Assembly (NCBI RefSeq): GCF_006345805.1 | Contig: NC_043008.1 | Coordinates: forward strand, 53,134,001 to 53,198,000 | Reading direction: 5' to 3' | DNA length: 64,000 nt | From: Octopus sinensis | Lineage: Eukaryota | Shown: piece by piece, positions 37,240 through 50,233 of the stretch | Position numbering within the stretch: position 1 is the first letter of the stretch | Layout of the letters: every line of letters begins with the position of its first letter | Position numbers and translations under genes: made by a program | The notes under the pieces: generated by a model | Told to the model about the DNA's origin: nothing | Seen by the model: only the letters and a program-made list of their open reading frames with translations | Databases searched by the model: none

Positions 37240-37665
37240 ATCATCATCGCTTAACGTCCATTTTCCTTGCTAGCATGGGTTGGACAATTTGACTGAGGAC
37301 TGGCAAACCAGATGGCTGCACCAGGCTCCAATCTTGATCTGGTAGAGTTTCTACAGCTGGATGTCCTTCCTAATCCCAACTACTCTGAGAGTGTAGTGGA
37401 TGCTTTTACGTGCCACCGGCACAAGGACCAGTCAGGCGGTACTGGCAATGGCCACGAAAAAATCGTGTTTTTTTTACGTGCCATCTGCACACCAGCACAA
37501 GTGCCAGTAAGGCAAGGCTGGTAACGGTCACGCTCGATTGGCGCTTTTTACATGCCACTGGCTCAAATGCCAGTTAGCCACTCTGGCAACGATCACGCCC
37601 AGATAGTGCTCTTAGTGCTCCACTAGCACTGGTGCCAGTCATCAAATTTGATTTAATTTCAACAT
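37240..37665 (-). mobile_element. RTE LINE 3' UTR fragment (family B)
   Basis: Same motifs as 34497-34980. Confidence 0.8.
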
Positions 37666-37999
37666 GCATATATATATATATATTTATATAACACCCTGCA
37701 GTGTGGACTCATTGGTTTGGGTGTTGCACTCTGAATCATAATATTGTGGTTTCAATCCCTGGACCAAGTGATGCATTTGTGTTCTTGAGCAAAATGCTGC
37801 ATTTTGTGTTGCTCCAGTCTACTCAACAGGTGAAAATGAGTAAACCTCCCACAAATTGGTGTCCCATCTAGGGGGAGTATGAATACAACACAGAATCCAG
37901 GAAACTGGCCTTATGATCCATGGCACAGAAAGGACCTTCGATCCTTCTTCTGAACCTATGCCTAGACTAGTTCTAGTTATGCTTAATAAAAAATAATTT

Positions 38000-38362
38000 A
38001 TTATTTACATTATTTACATTTGACGGATATTTGTCCTTGTCTTGTTTGTTGAACAAACAAGATGAGGACAAATATCCGTCAAATGTAAATAATGTAAATA
38101 ATGTACATAATTCCTCATCTCTTAAACATAGAACAGTTTTATCTAATTAGTATGGAATGACATTAGACTTCAATGAAAACATGTAGAGAAACTCCATAAA
38201 AAACTAGCTTGTCTTTCAAACTATCTAACCTTCTTATGTAGATGTAGAGACTAAAAAAAACAAACAAAAAAAAACAAGATGGGGACAAATATCCATCAAA
38301 TGTAAATAATGTAAATAATGTAAATAATGTACATAATTCCACATCTCTTAAATATAGAACTG
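38000..38362. repeat. 51-bp-arm palindrome (38000-38102) plus a direct second copy of its right arm (38274-38362)
   Basis: ATTATTTACATTATTTACATTTGACGGATATTTGTCCTTGTCTTGTTTGTT-G-AACAAACAAGATGAGGACAAATATCCGTCAAATG...; only 2 adjacent mismatches. Confidence 0.9.
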
Positions 38363-38752
38363 TATTAAAAAATTATTTATTTACATAAAGTTTTAACAGC
38401 ATTGTCTTTGAAATAGTCACCTTGTACAGCAATGCACCAGTCCCGGCTTTCCTGCCAATTTTGGAATCCAGCCTGGAAGTTGTTTTCCATAATGAGTCAA
38501 GGACCTTCTGTGATTTGCTCTAAATCTTGACAACGGTGTTAAAACAACAATCTTTGAGCTGCATTGTCATCTTGAAGAAGAAACAGAAATCTGCAGATGC
38601 TAAATCCATCAAATTGATTTCTGCAGGAGCAGAAGTGGTACCATGTTTTGGTTTTGCCAAGAAACTCACAAGTGAGGAGAGTGTGATGACAGGGTGCATT
38701 GTCATCATGAAGAATCCAATTCTTCAAAATCCACAGATCCAGTTGCAGTTGC
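38363..38752 (-). mobile_element. Mariner transposase C-terminal relic
   Basis: WILHDDNAPCH...(fs)DLASADF(CF)FFKM...QLK...FNTVV...WQE..D.CIAVQGDYF fits mariner HDNA / DLAP-DF / GDYF motifs. Confidence 0.85.
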
Positions 38753-38950
38753 CAAGGCAGGTTGTGTGTGAGCGTGTATATGTTAAATAAAATAAGATAA
38801 CAAGGTCAAGGTAATGGGATATTCCTAGGACATTTATTAATAGAAAGGTGGTCTTACAGCTGTTTCAAGGAAATAGATGATATCTCATCGTCAGAGATGA
38901 GTATAAACTTGTCTTTTAAGTTATTTTATTTAAAACACACACACACACAC

Positions 38951-38981
<31 letters not shown>

Positions 38982-39013
38982 TATATATATACACACACAC
39001 ACATATATATATA

Positions 39014-39048
<35 letters not shown>

Positions 39049-39074
39049 CACACACACACATATATATATATATA

Positions 39075-39455
39075 TCTCTATATATAAACGGCAGTTTGTC
39101 TGTGCGTGTTTCTGTGTGTCTGTTTGCTTGTACCCTCACCCTGACCACGGCTTTCAACCGATTCTGATGAAACTTGACACACGCATAGCCCAATGTCATA
39201 ATTCAAAACTAACACAGCCAAAATTTTGAAAAGTTCCCCCAGTTCTGAAAAAAATCGATAAATTCGACATGGGGTCGAGAATCAGAAACACGAACCACAA
39301 ACTGTCTAGGGGACGCAACTCCATCCTTTTTTAACTCTCAAAAAAAATTTACCATATTTTTTTCCCTTTTTTGGCTATTTTTTGGCTATAACTCTCTAAA
39401 AATGCTTTATAGTTATTTCCCTTACAAACCTGAGCAACGCCGGGCGATACTGCTA

Positions 39456-39456
<1 letters not shown>
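39075..39456 (+). mobile_element. Non-autonomous Helitron
   Basis: A|TC 5' end with TATATATAAA and GTCTGT repeats; subterminal CCTGAGCAACGCCGGG hairpin-like motif; CTAG|T 3' end at 39453-39457; no TSD. Confidence 0.85.
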
Positions 39457-39503
<47 letters not shown>

Positions 39504-40175
39504 CCCGTGGCAACATGGAAAATAAACATTAAATGATGATGATGAAGAGGATGATGAAAGATGTGTGGGATGCTGAGAAAAATGACAGTGGTGATGATGT
39601 GGATAACAATGATGGTGATGGTGGTGGTAGTGGTAATGATGTTGGTGTTGATGATGATGATGATTATGATGATGATGATGATGATTATGATGACCAACAA
39701 TTGTAAGTGGTTGGATTAATCTATACCTTCAGCTTCTGTACTTAAGGGATCCTTTATTTTATTGACCCTGAAGAAATGAAATGCAAAGTTGTCTTTGAAG
39801 GGGATCTGAACTCAAAGCATAAAAAGCCAAAAGAAACACCACAAGGTATTTTGTCCAACTTTCTAGTGCCTTAATATCAGACAGACAGACAACCAGACAG
39901 ACAGACTAGCAATTAGAAAGACAGATAGGCAGGAGGCATGCAGACATGTAGACAGATTAATAGACAGATGAATAGATAGATAGACAGATGGACGGACAGA
40001 CAGATGGATGGACAAATAGAGAGACAGGTAGATTTACAGACAAATAGATAGATAGATAGATAGATAGATAGATGGATGGATAGACAGACAGACTGACAGA
40101 TACATATATACATACACACATACATGCATACATACATACATAGACAGACAGACAAATAGATAGATAGATAGATAT

Positions 40176-40212
<37 letters not shown>

Positions 40213-40221
40213 TAGATAGAT

Positions 40222-41308
40222 AAGTTTCTTTATTGGCCACACAGGGCTGCACACAGATGGGACAAGTTACAAGGTAGAGCTTTTCTTTTGGGGGATGAAG
40301 AGAACAAAATACAAAAGAAAAAAAAAGGGGGGGTGCGTAGGTTTTCGATCAAGAGGGATCGTAAAAGGGAAGAAAAGAACAAAAACAAAAAAAAAATTGA
40401 ATAAAATAAAAAGAGTAAAAAGAATAAAAAGAAAAGGAAAAGGAACAAAAGGAAAGAGAAATGAAAAAAGAAGAAAAAAGGGGAAAAAAGGGGAAAAAGG
40501 GGAAGAGGAAAAAAAAGAACGATCAATAGGGATCGTGTATCACAGTGTTATGATATATGGTGTAAAGGGGAAAACAAGTAAGGTTTATCCGTGGGAAGAA
40601 AAGCCTACGAAAAAGACCACGGTAACCTTGGTCAATATTGTTATATGTTACCACATTTGTTTGCAAGTGGGTAACCCTCTGTTTTCAATTTCTGGGTTCA
40701 TAGGATTATGCTCAAGGTGGCTTCGTCATTCATACGTGCCATCCTTGCTACATTCACCCATCTTTTTTTATTCGCTAGAGAAAACTTGCCTCTCTACTCT
40801 CACTTTCCTTTTCAAGTGGTACTTGAAGAAGTTGATGAGAGATTGACCAGAGAGGTAAGTGTTTGTCTCCAATCCTTTCAGACGCGTCCACCAGATACAT
40901 TCTTTCGCCATAGCCACAAGGATGATGAAAATAGCTCTTCCTTCCCGTTTGAAGGAAGGAGGCGTGACAATATTGACGATAGACTCAGCTGATAAACCGA
41001 CTCATCCCACACGAGACAGCAGTTGTTCGACATAAGCCCACAGGTCGGAAATTGTTGGACACTGCACGAGTGCGTGCAGAACGGTTTCATCGCTCTGACC
41101 GCATCTCGGGCAGGTCGGCCCCGTGTTTCTCGAGCCGTGTCTATAGAGCTTATCCCGAATGGGTAGTGCTTCTCGGTAGAACTGCCAGGCCAGGGATCTC
41201 TGGAAGTTGTCCATGGGCCCTGGCCCGAAAGTCGTCCTGAACAGGCAGGTCAGGTACTCCTCGTCGACGTCCAGGTTCGCCCCGAGCTCGTCGTCATACC
41301 TCCCCTCC
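40222..41308 (-). mobile_element. 5'-truncated L1/Tx1-clade LINE (zf-RVT region and 3' UTR)
   Basis: LAWQFYREALPIRDKLYRHG...CPRCGQSDETVLHALVQCP...AKECIWWTRLKG...; ORF end about 40698; AATAAA near the 3' end; AGATAGATAGAT on both sides. Confidence 0.9.
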
Positions 41309-41461
41309 AGATAGATAGATAGATATACATGTACAAAGAGAAAAAAGCTCATAACCTGTATAATGACTGGCTGGCAATAAACATAGAAGTGTACAACACC
41401 AAGCTTTTATATGTGCATAGACATGTTCTTTATGACATTGGAAAACAAGAAATGTAAAGCG

Positions 41462-41745
41462 GAAATCAAATGAAGGATTGGAGATTGCCAGAAAATTGTT
41501 TGAAAACACATCAAACATTACAAACTTAAAGAAACATTTATATTGAAACCAGGAAAAAAAGTTTAAAATGGTACGTCAGGTCCACTTCGGTTTTTGGAGA
41601 TGAAACATGGACGTTAACAACTGTAATTATCATGTAGATTAGAAGTCTTTGAGATGAAGATATTGGAAGTGGTGCAGAGTGCAGAAGCATTGATGAAGTT
41701 CTGAGAATGGCAAATCTAAGAATGTTTTATTAAATGCCGACTAAG
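41462..41745 (+). mobile_element. Old RTE LINE RT relic
   Basis: EIK*RIG(fs)IARKLFENTSNI...IETRKKSLKWYVRSTSVFGDETWTLT. Confidence 0.7.
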
Positions 41746-42104
41746 AGAGAGAGAGGAATGTAAATTATTTTGAGTGTTTGATTTGGATTTAAAAAAATGG
41801 TTAAGTGGGTCTGTTAATTGATGGCAGGAAAAAATCGAAAGAGAGGAAACGGAAATACAAAAACAAACAAACAAACGAAGAATTATTTGGATGAAAAATA
41901 TCAAGAATTAGACAGACTTTAGAATGCAGTGAATGTTTATCTTTCATCTTTTATTTGTTTCAGTCACTGGACTTTGGTCGTACTGGAGCACTGCCTTGAA
42001 GTGTTTTAATCAAACAAATTGACTCCAATGATTATTTTTACATTTTTTAAAAAATTTTGTACTAATTCTATCAGCCTCTTTATACCAAACTTCTAAGTTA
42101 TTCT

Positions 42105-42490
42105 CTTTACTCTCTTACTCTTTTACTTGTTTCAGTCATTTGACTGTGGCCATGCTGGAGCACCACCTTTAGTCAAGCAAATCGACCCCATGACTTATTC
42201 TTTGTAAGCCTAGTACTTATTCTATCGGTCTCTTTTGCCGAACCGCTAAGTTACGGGGACATAAGCACACCAGCATCGGTTGTCAAGCGATGTTGGGGGG
42301 ACAAACACAGACACACAAACACATAAACACACACACACATATATATATGAACATATACATATATATGACAGGCTTCTTTCAGTTTCCATCTACCAAATCC
42401 ACTCACAAGGCTTTGGTTGACCCGAGGCTATAGTAGAAGATATTTACCTAAGGTGCCATGCAGTAGGACTGAACCAGAGACCATGTCATT
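42105..42490 (-). mobile_element. SINE family A
   Basis: Near full-length match to 6648-7035. Confidence 0.9.
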
Positions 42491-42705
42491 ACAAAGCAAA
42501 CTACAAGAATTTTGAGAATATCAAGGGCAGATCAGAAAACCATTGGTGAATTTCTTAGGGAGACAAATTTAAAAACATTTTATTAAATTCCATCAAAGAG
42601 AAAAAACTAAATCATTTTGAGCATTTAATTAGAAAAAAATGGTTTGGTTTGGTTTGGTGAGTCTGTGAAAAGATAAGGTAAAAAGAAGAAAAGAAATTGA
42701 AAATC

Positions 42706-43112
42706 CTGTGTAGTAAGTAGCTTGCTTACAAACCACATATTTTCGGGTTCAGTCCCACTGTGTGGCACCTTGGACAAGTGTCTTTTACTATAGCCTCAGG
42801 CCGACCAAAGCCTTGTGAGTGGATTTGGTAGACAGAAACTGAAAGAAGCCTGTCGTATATATGTATATATATATGTGTGTATATGTGTGTATATGTTTGT
42901 GTCTGTATTTGTTCCCCTTCCCCCCAACATCACTTGACAACCGATGCTGGTGTGTTTATGTCCCTGTAACTTAGCAGTTCAGCAAAAGAGACCGATAGAA
43001 TAAGTACTAGGCTTACACAGAATAAGTCCTGGGGTTGATTTGCTCGACTAAAGGCGGTGCTCCAGCATGGCCACAGTCAATTGACTGAAGCAAGTAAAAG
43101 AGTAAAAGAGTA
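42706..43112 (+). mobile_element. SINE family A
   Basis: Near full-length; ends GTAAAAGAGTAAAAGAGTA. Confidence 0.9.
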
Positions 43113-43317
43113 TGTTCATGGATAGTATTGGTTTCAAATTTTGGCACCAGGCCAACAAGTTTGAAGGTATTGATTTGTTTACATAAACGCTGGAAGGATG
43201 AAAGACAAAGTAGACTTTGGCAGATTTTGAACTGAGACAGAATATTAAGATGGACAAAATGCTGCCAAGCAATTTAGCTCAATGGGACAATGATTCTGCC
43301 AGCTCAATGCCTTATTT

Positions 43318-43606
43318 GTGGTTAGAGCAGCAGACTCGCGGTCGAGGGATCGCGGGTTCGAGTCTCAGACCAGGCAATGTGTGTATTTATGAGCAAAACA
43401 CCTAAGCTCCACGCAACTCCAGCAGAAGGTAATGGCAAACTTCTGCTGACGCTTTTGCCACAGCCTTCTCTCACTCTTTCCTCCTGCATCTTGCAGCTCA
43501 CCTGCAACGGACTGGCGTCCCGTCCAGGTGGGGAACCTATACACCAAAGAAACGGGAAACCGAACCTTATGAGCCAGGCATGGCTCAAGAAGGAACAAAC
43601 AATGCC
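43318..43606 (+). mobile_element. SINE family D (tRNA head, V-domain-like GGACTGGCGTCCCGTCCAGG)
   Basis: GTGGTTAGAGCAGC...GGGTTCGAGTCTC; second copy at 62440-62722 (minus). Confidence 0.8.
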
Positions 43607-43958
43607 TTGTTTGCATGAATAATATAAAGAATTACTATATTTGATGGCATATAAGATGCACTTTTTTCCCCAAAAAATGTCTAAGAATATCACCTGGGTT
43701 CCAGATCCTTTAACCTTTTCGTTACTGTATTCCTCTTGGAATGCACTACGGTTGTTTCAGTTTAGTTTGGAAATATTGAAGAATTTAATAAATTAGAACC
43801 TGAGTTAACATAAAATTTTGATGGAAGGTTTTAATCTTTTGTTCCCATATTCCTCTTGAAATACACACCACTGTCTCAATTAAATTTTGAGAATAATAAG
43901 GAATATAGTAGAATAAGTTTTGTCATTATTAAGCTGGTGTTTGGAACATGAATTAACA

Positions 43959-44128
43959 TGAAATTTTAATGGGAAATTTTAACAGGAATTTTTAGTGGGA
44001 AATTTTAGCAGGAAATTTTAATGGGAATTTTTAGTGGGAAATTTTAGAAGGAAATTTTAATGGGAATTTTTAGTGAAAAATTTTAGCAGAAAATTTTAAT
44101 GAGGAAAGTAAAATGGGAAATTTTAGCA
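43959..44128. repeat. 13-bp minisatellite with 39-bp higher-order period
   Basis: GGAAATTTTAATG / GGAATTTTTAGTG / GGAAATTTTAGCA units cycling about three times. Confidence 0.9.
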
Positions 44129-45119
44129 CAGTGGGACTGAACCTGAAACCATGCAATTGGGAAGCAAACTTCTTACCATACAGCTATGTCTGCACCTATA
44201 AATACATATGCCACAGTATGATGATATGGTCAATAGCGGGAAGGGTGTAACAAACCAGCTCCCACCCTACAGTCTGTGGGGGGCATAGTATGGTGGATCT
44301 CCATCGTTTGGCAATGAGGATTCAGTTGTTTGATCAACTGAATTACCTGCTCCTGATTTAACATATAAGTGGCTGAGTATTCCACAGACATTTGTACCCT
44401 TTATGCTATTCTCAGGCAGAATCAGCATAGCAAAATGTGTGTGACAAGGCTTTCACAAGGTACAGGTCGGCCAAGGCAATATAAAATGACATTTGGCCCT
44501 AGATGCCATGCCGTAGGATTGAACCTATTAAACCATTCACCTGTACTGCAGCGATTTTATGGAAGCTAAAAATATATGTTTATATCACACAGTTTCTTGT
44601 TGTCCATTTCTCTGTTTATAAACATTCAAGTAATAACATCAGTTACATGTTTTTTCCTTCAATTACAACAATTAGAAAAATGTCTGGCTAAGACTATCTA
44701 TATGCATGTATATATATATATGTATATGTATGTGCATGTGTGTGTGTATATATATACACACACACACACACACATACACATATATATATATATATAGATA
44801 TATATATGCACACATACATATATATACATCTATATATATATGTATATGTTTGTACGTATATATATATATATATTTGTATATATATATGAATATATATAAT
44901 ATATATATATATATATGTATATACATGTATGTGTATGTATATATATCTATTTTATCTATATTCAACAGAACTCACTTGAATCTTAATTGCTTTTACTATA
45001 TATCTATATATATATATGCATATATATATATATGTATGTATGTATGTGTATATATATATATATATATACACACATACATACCTACATATATATATATGCA
45101 TATATATATGTATGTATGC

Positions 45120-45175
<56 letters not shown>

Positions 45176-46637
45176 ATATATGTGTGTGTGTGTGTATTCT
45201 GGTGTATATACATAGTTTTCTTCAATTTAAACAGTCTGACAAAGAATAAAGGAATAAATATATATATGCACATATGCACATCTCCCTCAACACACTTTCA
45301 CCTCCATCTCACACATGCACACGCCCACACATACTCACAAACACACATGCACACACTCACTTACACATGTGCACATATCCACACACACACACGCATTCCC
45401 TCACACATATACAGTCATACACTCACTGATGCGTAATCATGCACACACATAAACGCCCATGCACCTACACACATACACATACATACACACGTACACACAC
45501 ACACACACACAAAAACATAATTACACATCCTCAGAACCAACACCACCATCACCACCACCAACAACAACAGCCATGAGTTCTCCAAGAAAATATTTCTAAT
45601 ACTATAAAACTTTTCTAAAATCAAATATTTAAAATAAATGGAATTTCATTGATGAAGGAGAAAAAAATCAATAACTGAAAGCGAAGATATACCAGGGAAG
45701 ATCAATAATGCCGAATTTAAAGTAGTGTTGAGGTCAAAGGTGAAAAGTTTACTGGAATCAAGAATTGGTTCTCACACAAATTCTAATCACACTTTCATTA
45801 CAAGACAAAATATGTGTCCTGGTTTTGTGTGTGCGTATGTATGTATGTGTACCTGTGTATACTGTATATGTGTGTATGTATATATCAGTGTTATGTATTG
45901 CATCAGTATAATATGTTTGTGTGTGTGTGTGTGTATGTGTGTGTGTATGTGTATTGTGTGCATTGTGTGTGTATCTGTATTGTATATATGTGTGCGTATT
46001 GTGGGATTGTATTCTGTATGTATATATTCCTTTTGTGTATTTTAATGTGTTTGTATGTTGTGCATGTGTGTGTGGATGTGTGTGTGTATATATGTGTATT
46101 GTATATGTGTTTTCTGTGTGCATTGCATGTGTGTATTGTATGTATATTGTATGTGCGTATGTATTGTATGAATGCTGTGCATATTGAGTATGTGTGTGCA
46201 TAGTGCATATATGGTGTGTGTGTATGTGTAGCTTTTGCTTGTTCCAGTCATTGGACTACAGCCATGCACTTTTCGGACTATTATCATCCCTGTTAGAATA
46301 TGCCTTCATTCATGTGCATTAACTACAGCATTAGAGCATTTTAACTCTTATATCTAGCAATGTAGGTTTCTAACAACCTAATCACATTTAGTAATATAAA
46401 TATATATATATATCCCTCTCTCTCTTTCGGAGAGGCACTGAGCAGCTATACGCACACATACACACACGGCAGTAACTTCCACCTACCGAATTCAATCACA
46501 AAGCTCCGGTCGGCTCAGGGCTATAGTGGAAGACACCTACCCAAAGTGCCACGCAGTGGGACTGAACCCGAAACCATGTAGCTAGGAAGCAAGCTCCCTA
46601 ACCACACAGCCATGCCCATATATATATATATATATAT

Positions 46638-48807
46638 AAAATATTATTAGAGACAAAACCACTATTTTGCAAAACAAACAAGGAAAACTTAATCAATACA
46701 TAAAATTTTAATAAATAGTCAAAAAAACCGCCACTACAATCGTTTCTTGTCTTGATCGACAATCTTCAGGTGGACTTCCAATCTAAAAATCAATATTTTA
46801 AAATATAAAAATAATAATTTTAAAATAATTAAAGTATGAATGAAAAAAATATAATATATAATCCATATATAACCTATCTATAATCCATATATAATCAATA
46901 TATAACAATATATAAACTAAAAAACCTATCAACAATTAAATATAAAATATAAAATATAAAATATAAAATATAAAATAAAACAAAACAAAAAAAAATAATA
47001 ATAATATAATACTAAACTATATATACACCCATACACATATACCTAATTATATATAACCATATCTAACTACATACACTAAATCACACACCTATATATATAT
47101 CCCTATACATACACATAAAAAGTCTAGGCAACTATAAATAAATAAAATAGCTAAATACTTCAACACAATACTTATTCATACTCCCACACACACACACCAT
47201 ACACCCACATTCACACTCTAGAAAACGGACATCACTCAAAACTATGAACGGAGAAATGGAATAAATGGAATTAAAAATTATATTCACTTGGTAAAACGAA
47301 CACTACTTAAAAATTATGAATGAAACAATGCAATAAAACAAAGACATCGCAATAGACACAAATTACTACGAATTTCCTTATCAAACCTACCATGATAAAC
47401 CAAAACTCATAAAAACATATAATGATAAAATCTCCCTTTACTAAACTCTATAACAAACCTATATAGCAATCCCCCTAACCTAAACATTCACACACAAATA
47501 CACACACGTAAACCACACACCCACGACATATACAAATACCCACACCACTTACACATACCAATACATACATATAAACCTCAACATATACTCCAAAAACCCA
47601 CTCAACCCCACACAGACAAATAAACCACAAAAATTATGAATGGATTCTTTTATAAAACTACCATGATAAGCTAAAACTCACAAAACAGAAATGATAAAAC
47701 CTCCTTTACTAAACACTATAACATACTTATATAGCAATTCCTTTAACCTATACATTCACACACAAACACCACACGTAAACCACACACCCATAACAAATAC
47801 AAACACCCACCCCACTCACACACACCCACAAGTACATATAAGCCTCAACATATACACCAAACAAAATTACTTTACCAAGGAACTTAACATATGTATAAAA
47901 GTATAACCGCTCTGGAAACGAACATCTCTAAATTAATGAATGGAGAAATGGAATAAATGGAATTAAAAATAAAATTCACGTGGCAAACGAAACACCACTC
48001 AAAAATTATGAATGAAACAATGTAATAAAACAACCAACATCGAAAATAGACAAATTACTACGAATTCCTAAAAAAAAAACCATGATAAACCAAACTCTTA
48101 AAAAACATATAACGATAAAATCTCCCTTTGCTAAACTCTATAACAAACCTATATAGTAATCCCCCTAACCTAAACATTCACACACAAACACACACGTAAA
48201 CCACAGACCCACGACTTATACACATACCTATACTAACTTATAAACCTCCATATACACCAAAACCCACTCCCTCCCACACAGACAAATTAACACATACATC
48301 CCAAAACCTAATAACAAACCCATATACACATTCACACACAAACACACACACACGCAAAACACACACACAACAGATACATATACTCCCTCACATATACGCA
48401 TATACATACCACTAACTCGATATATACAACAATATTTCCACACCCACACTCATACAGATAAATAAATTATACAACTAAAAACTCGCACACAATCTCATAT
48501 ACATAACACTCCTATGAAAACACATTAAATACATCGTAATTAACCAGAATATCAAAAATAACAATATGACATAAGGATAAATAAAAACATACTTACAATT
48601 CAGTGTCAAATTTGAAGTGAAATTAAATTCTTAGCCGTTAAAAAATCAAACCAAAATTACGTTACCATAGAAATAACTTATGTAAAAAAAAGAATACGCG
48701 CCATGGAAAGTAAACGTCATTTAATTATGAATGGAGAAATAGAATAAATGGAACTAAAAACTATATCCACGTGGCAAACCAACACTACTTAAAAAAATTT
48801 ATTATGA

Positions 48808-48810
<3 letters not shown>
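46638..48810 (-). mobile_element. TA-flanked non-coding PLE-like element with internal tandem duplications and a terminal HHR
   Basis: Plus strand nearly G-free; unit repeated at about 47225 and 47920, partial at about 47630 and 48705 (ATGAATGGAGAAATGGAATAAATGGAA); HHR at the left end. Confidence 0.65.
46731..46775 (-). ncRNA. Minimal type I hammerhead ribozyme, canonical core
   Basis: Minus: GUCCAC-CUGAAGA-UUGUC-GAUCAA-GACAA-GAAAC-GAUU-GUA-GUGG; perfect 5-bp stem II, 4-bp stem I, ACGAUUGU self-complementary with G-U pairs, GUA triplet. Confidence 0.8.
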
Positions 48811-48891
<81 letters not shown>

Positions 48892-48936
48892 GTATATATA
48901 TGTCCACATATAGACATACACACATATATAAACATA

Positions 48937-49153
48937 CAAGGGTGTGTTGCAAAGTTCTTGGCTTTAAGGGTGTCGTGAAAGGCCTGGTTTTATGCCAAGC
49001 CTTCTGAGTTCTTTTACAGGGCTTAGAAAAACTGAAGGCCCGCTGCCATAACTCTGTGAATCTGAGAGGGGAATATGTTAAATAAAATCATAATTAACTG
49101 ATCCTCCTGTGTTTTCTTTTACCCAAAGCTAGGAACTTTTCAGTACCCCATTG
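48937..49153 (+). mobile_element. Mariner-derived MITE with TA TSD
   Basis: Imperfect TIRs CAAGGGTGTGTTGCAAAGTTCTTGGCTTT / AAAGCTAGGAACTTTTCAGTACCCCATTG; carries GLEKLKARCHNSVNLRGEYVK*; fragment of the same family at about 61672-61735. Confidence 0.75.
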
Positions 49154-50138
49154 TAAGGGCTTCTTTCAGTCTCCGTTTACCAAATCCACTCACAAAGTTT
49201 TAGTCAGCTCAAGGCTATTGTAGAAGATACCGAAGGTGCCATACAGTGGGACTGAACCTGAAACCATGTGGCTGGGAAGTAAACTTCTTACCAACCAGCC
49301 ATGCCTGTTTGTATGCATATTGCATTCAATACAACTGAATTTCATTCAATAGTAAAACAACAGCGTTAAAGAAACCCATAGCTGTCACCTGCAAGGTTGC
49401 AAGGTTTGGTACCAAACACCAAGTTTATTTATTTTTTATTTTAGGTACCCATATGATAGGGAGCAGACTTAAATACACTATCAAGGACCCCTCTTACCCT
49501 TGATGCTACAGAACAATCACTAAATACGATTAGGTTGTTAGAAACCTACATTGCTAGAAATAAGAGTTAAAATACTCTAATGCTGTATTTAACGCACATG
49601 TAAACTTAAGAGAGAGAAGGCTGTGTTGGCACCCAGCTGGAGTTTAATTTCAGCTGAGGGCTCTGGAGCAGCATAAAATGAAATACTTTGCTCAAGGATA
49701 CAAAGAGATCACCTGATCCAAGAATTGAACCCATGTTCTTGTGATTGTAAGCCCAATACTTTGACCACTAGACCACATGTCTTTACAAATAAATCGCATA
49801 ATGTCCTCTAGATGTTGTTTTTGTTTAGGATCAACTCAGGCATAATCAAGTAAATGTAGGTCAAAGACATCCTGAATATGACCCTCTCCTCATTTTTGTA
49901 GATCTAAGAAACTATCCTTCAATGTGTCCTTCATTTTTTTGAGACAATAAGGTGTAAAATTCGAGCAAATTTGGGCTGCTATTTTTAGCAGACTGAGCAA
50001 TCATGTACCGGTTTCTTTGTTGGATATTCCAGTTTAATAAAGGAATAAAATTAATAGGGGTCATTACTTCCTTAGTAATAAATCCATAATCCATAATCCC
50101 TTCTCTCTCATGTCTGGATGTGTATAATCATGATTAAT

Positions 50139-50181
<43 letters not shown>

Positions 50182-50182
50182 A

Positions 50183-50233
<51 letters not shown>

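Noticed and set aside
43310-43385. tRNA-like sequence
   Set aside because: No acceptor stem or proper anticodon arm; it continues into SINE body sequence. The same holds for the other A/B-box heads.
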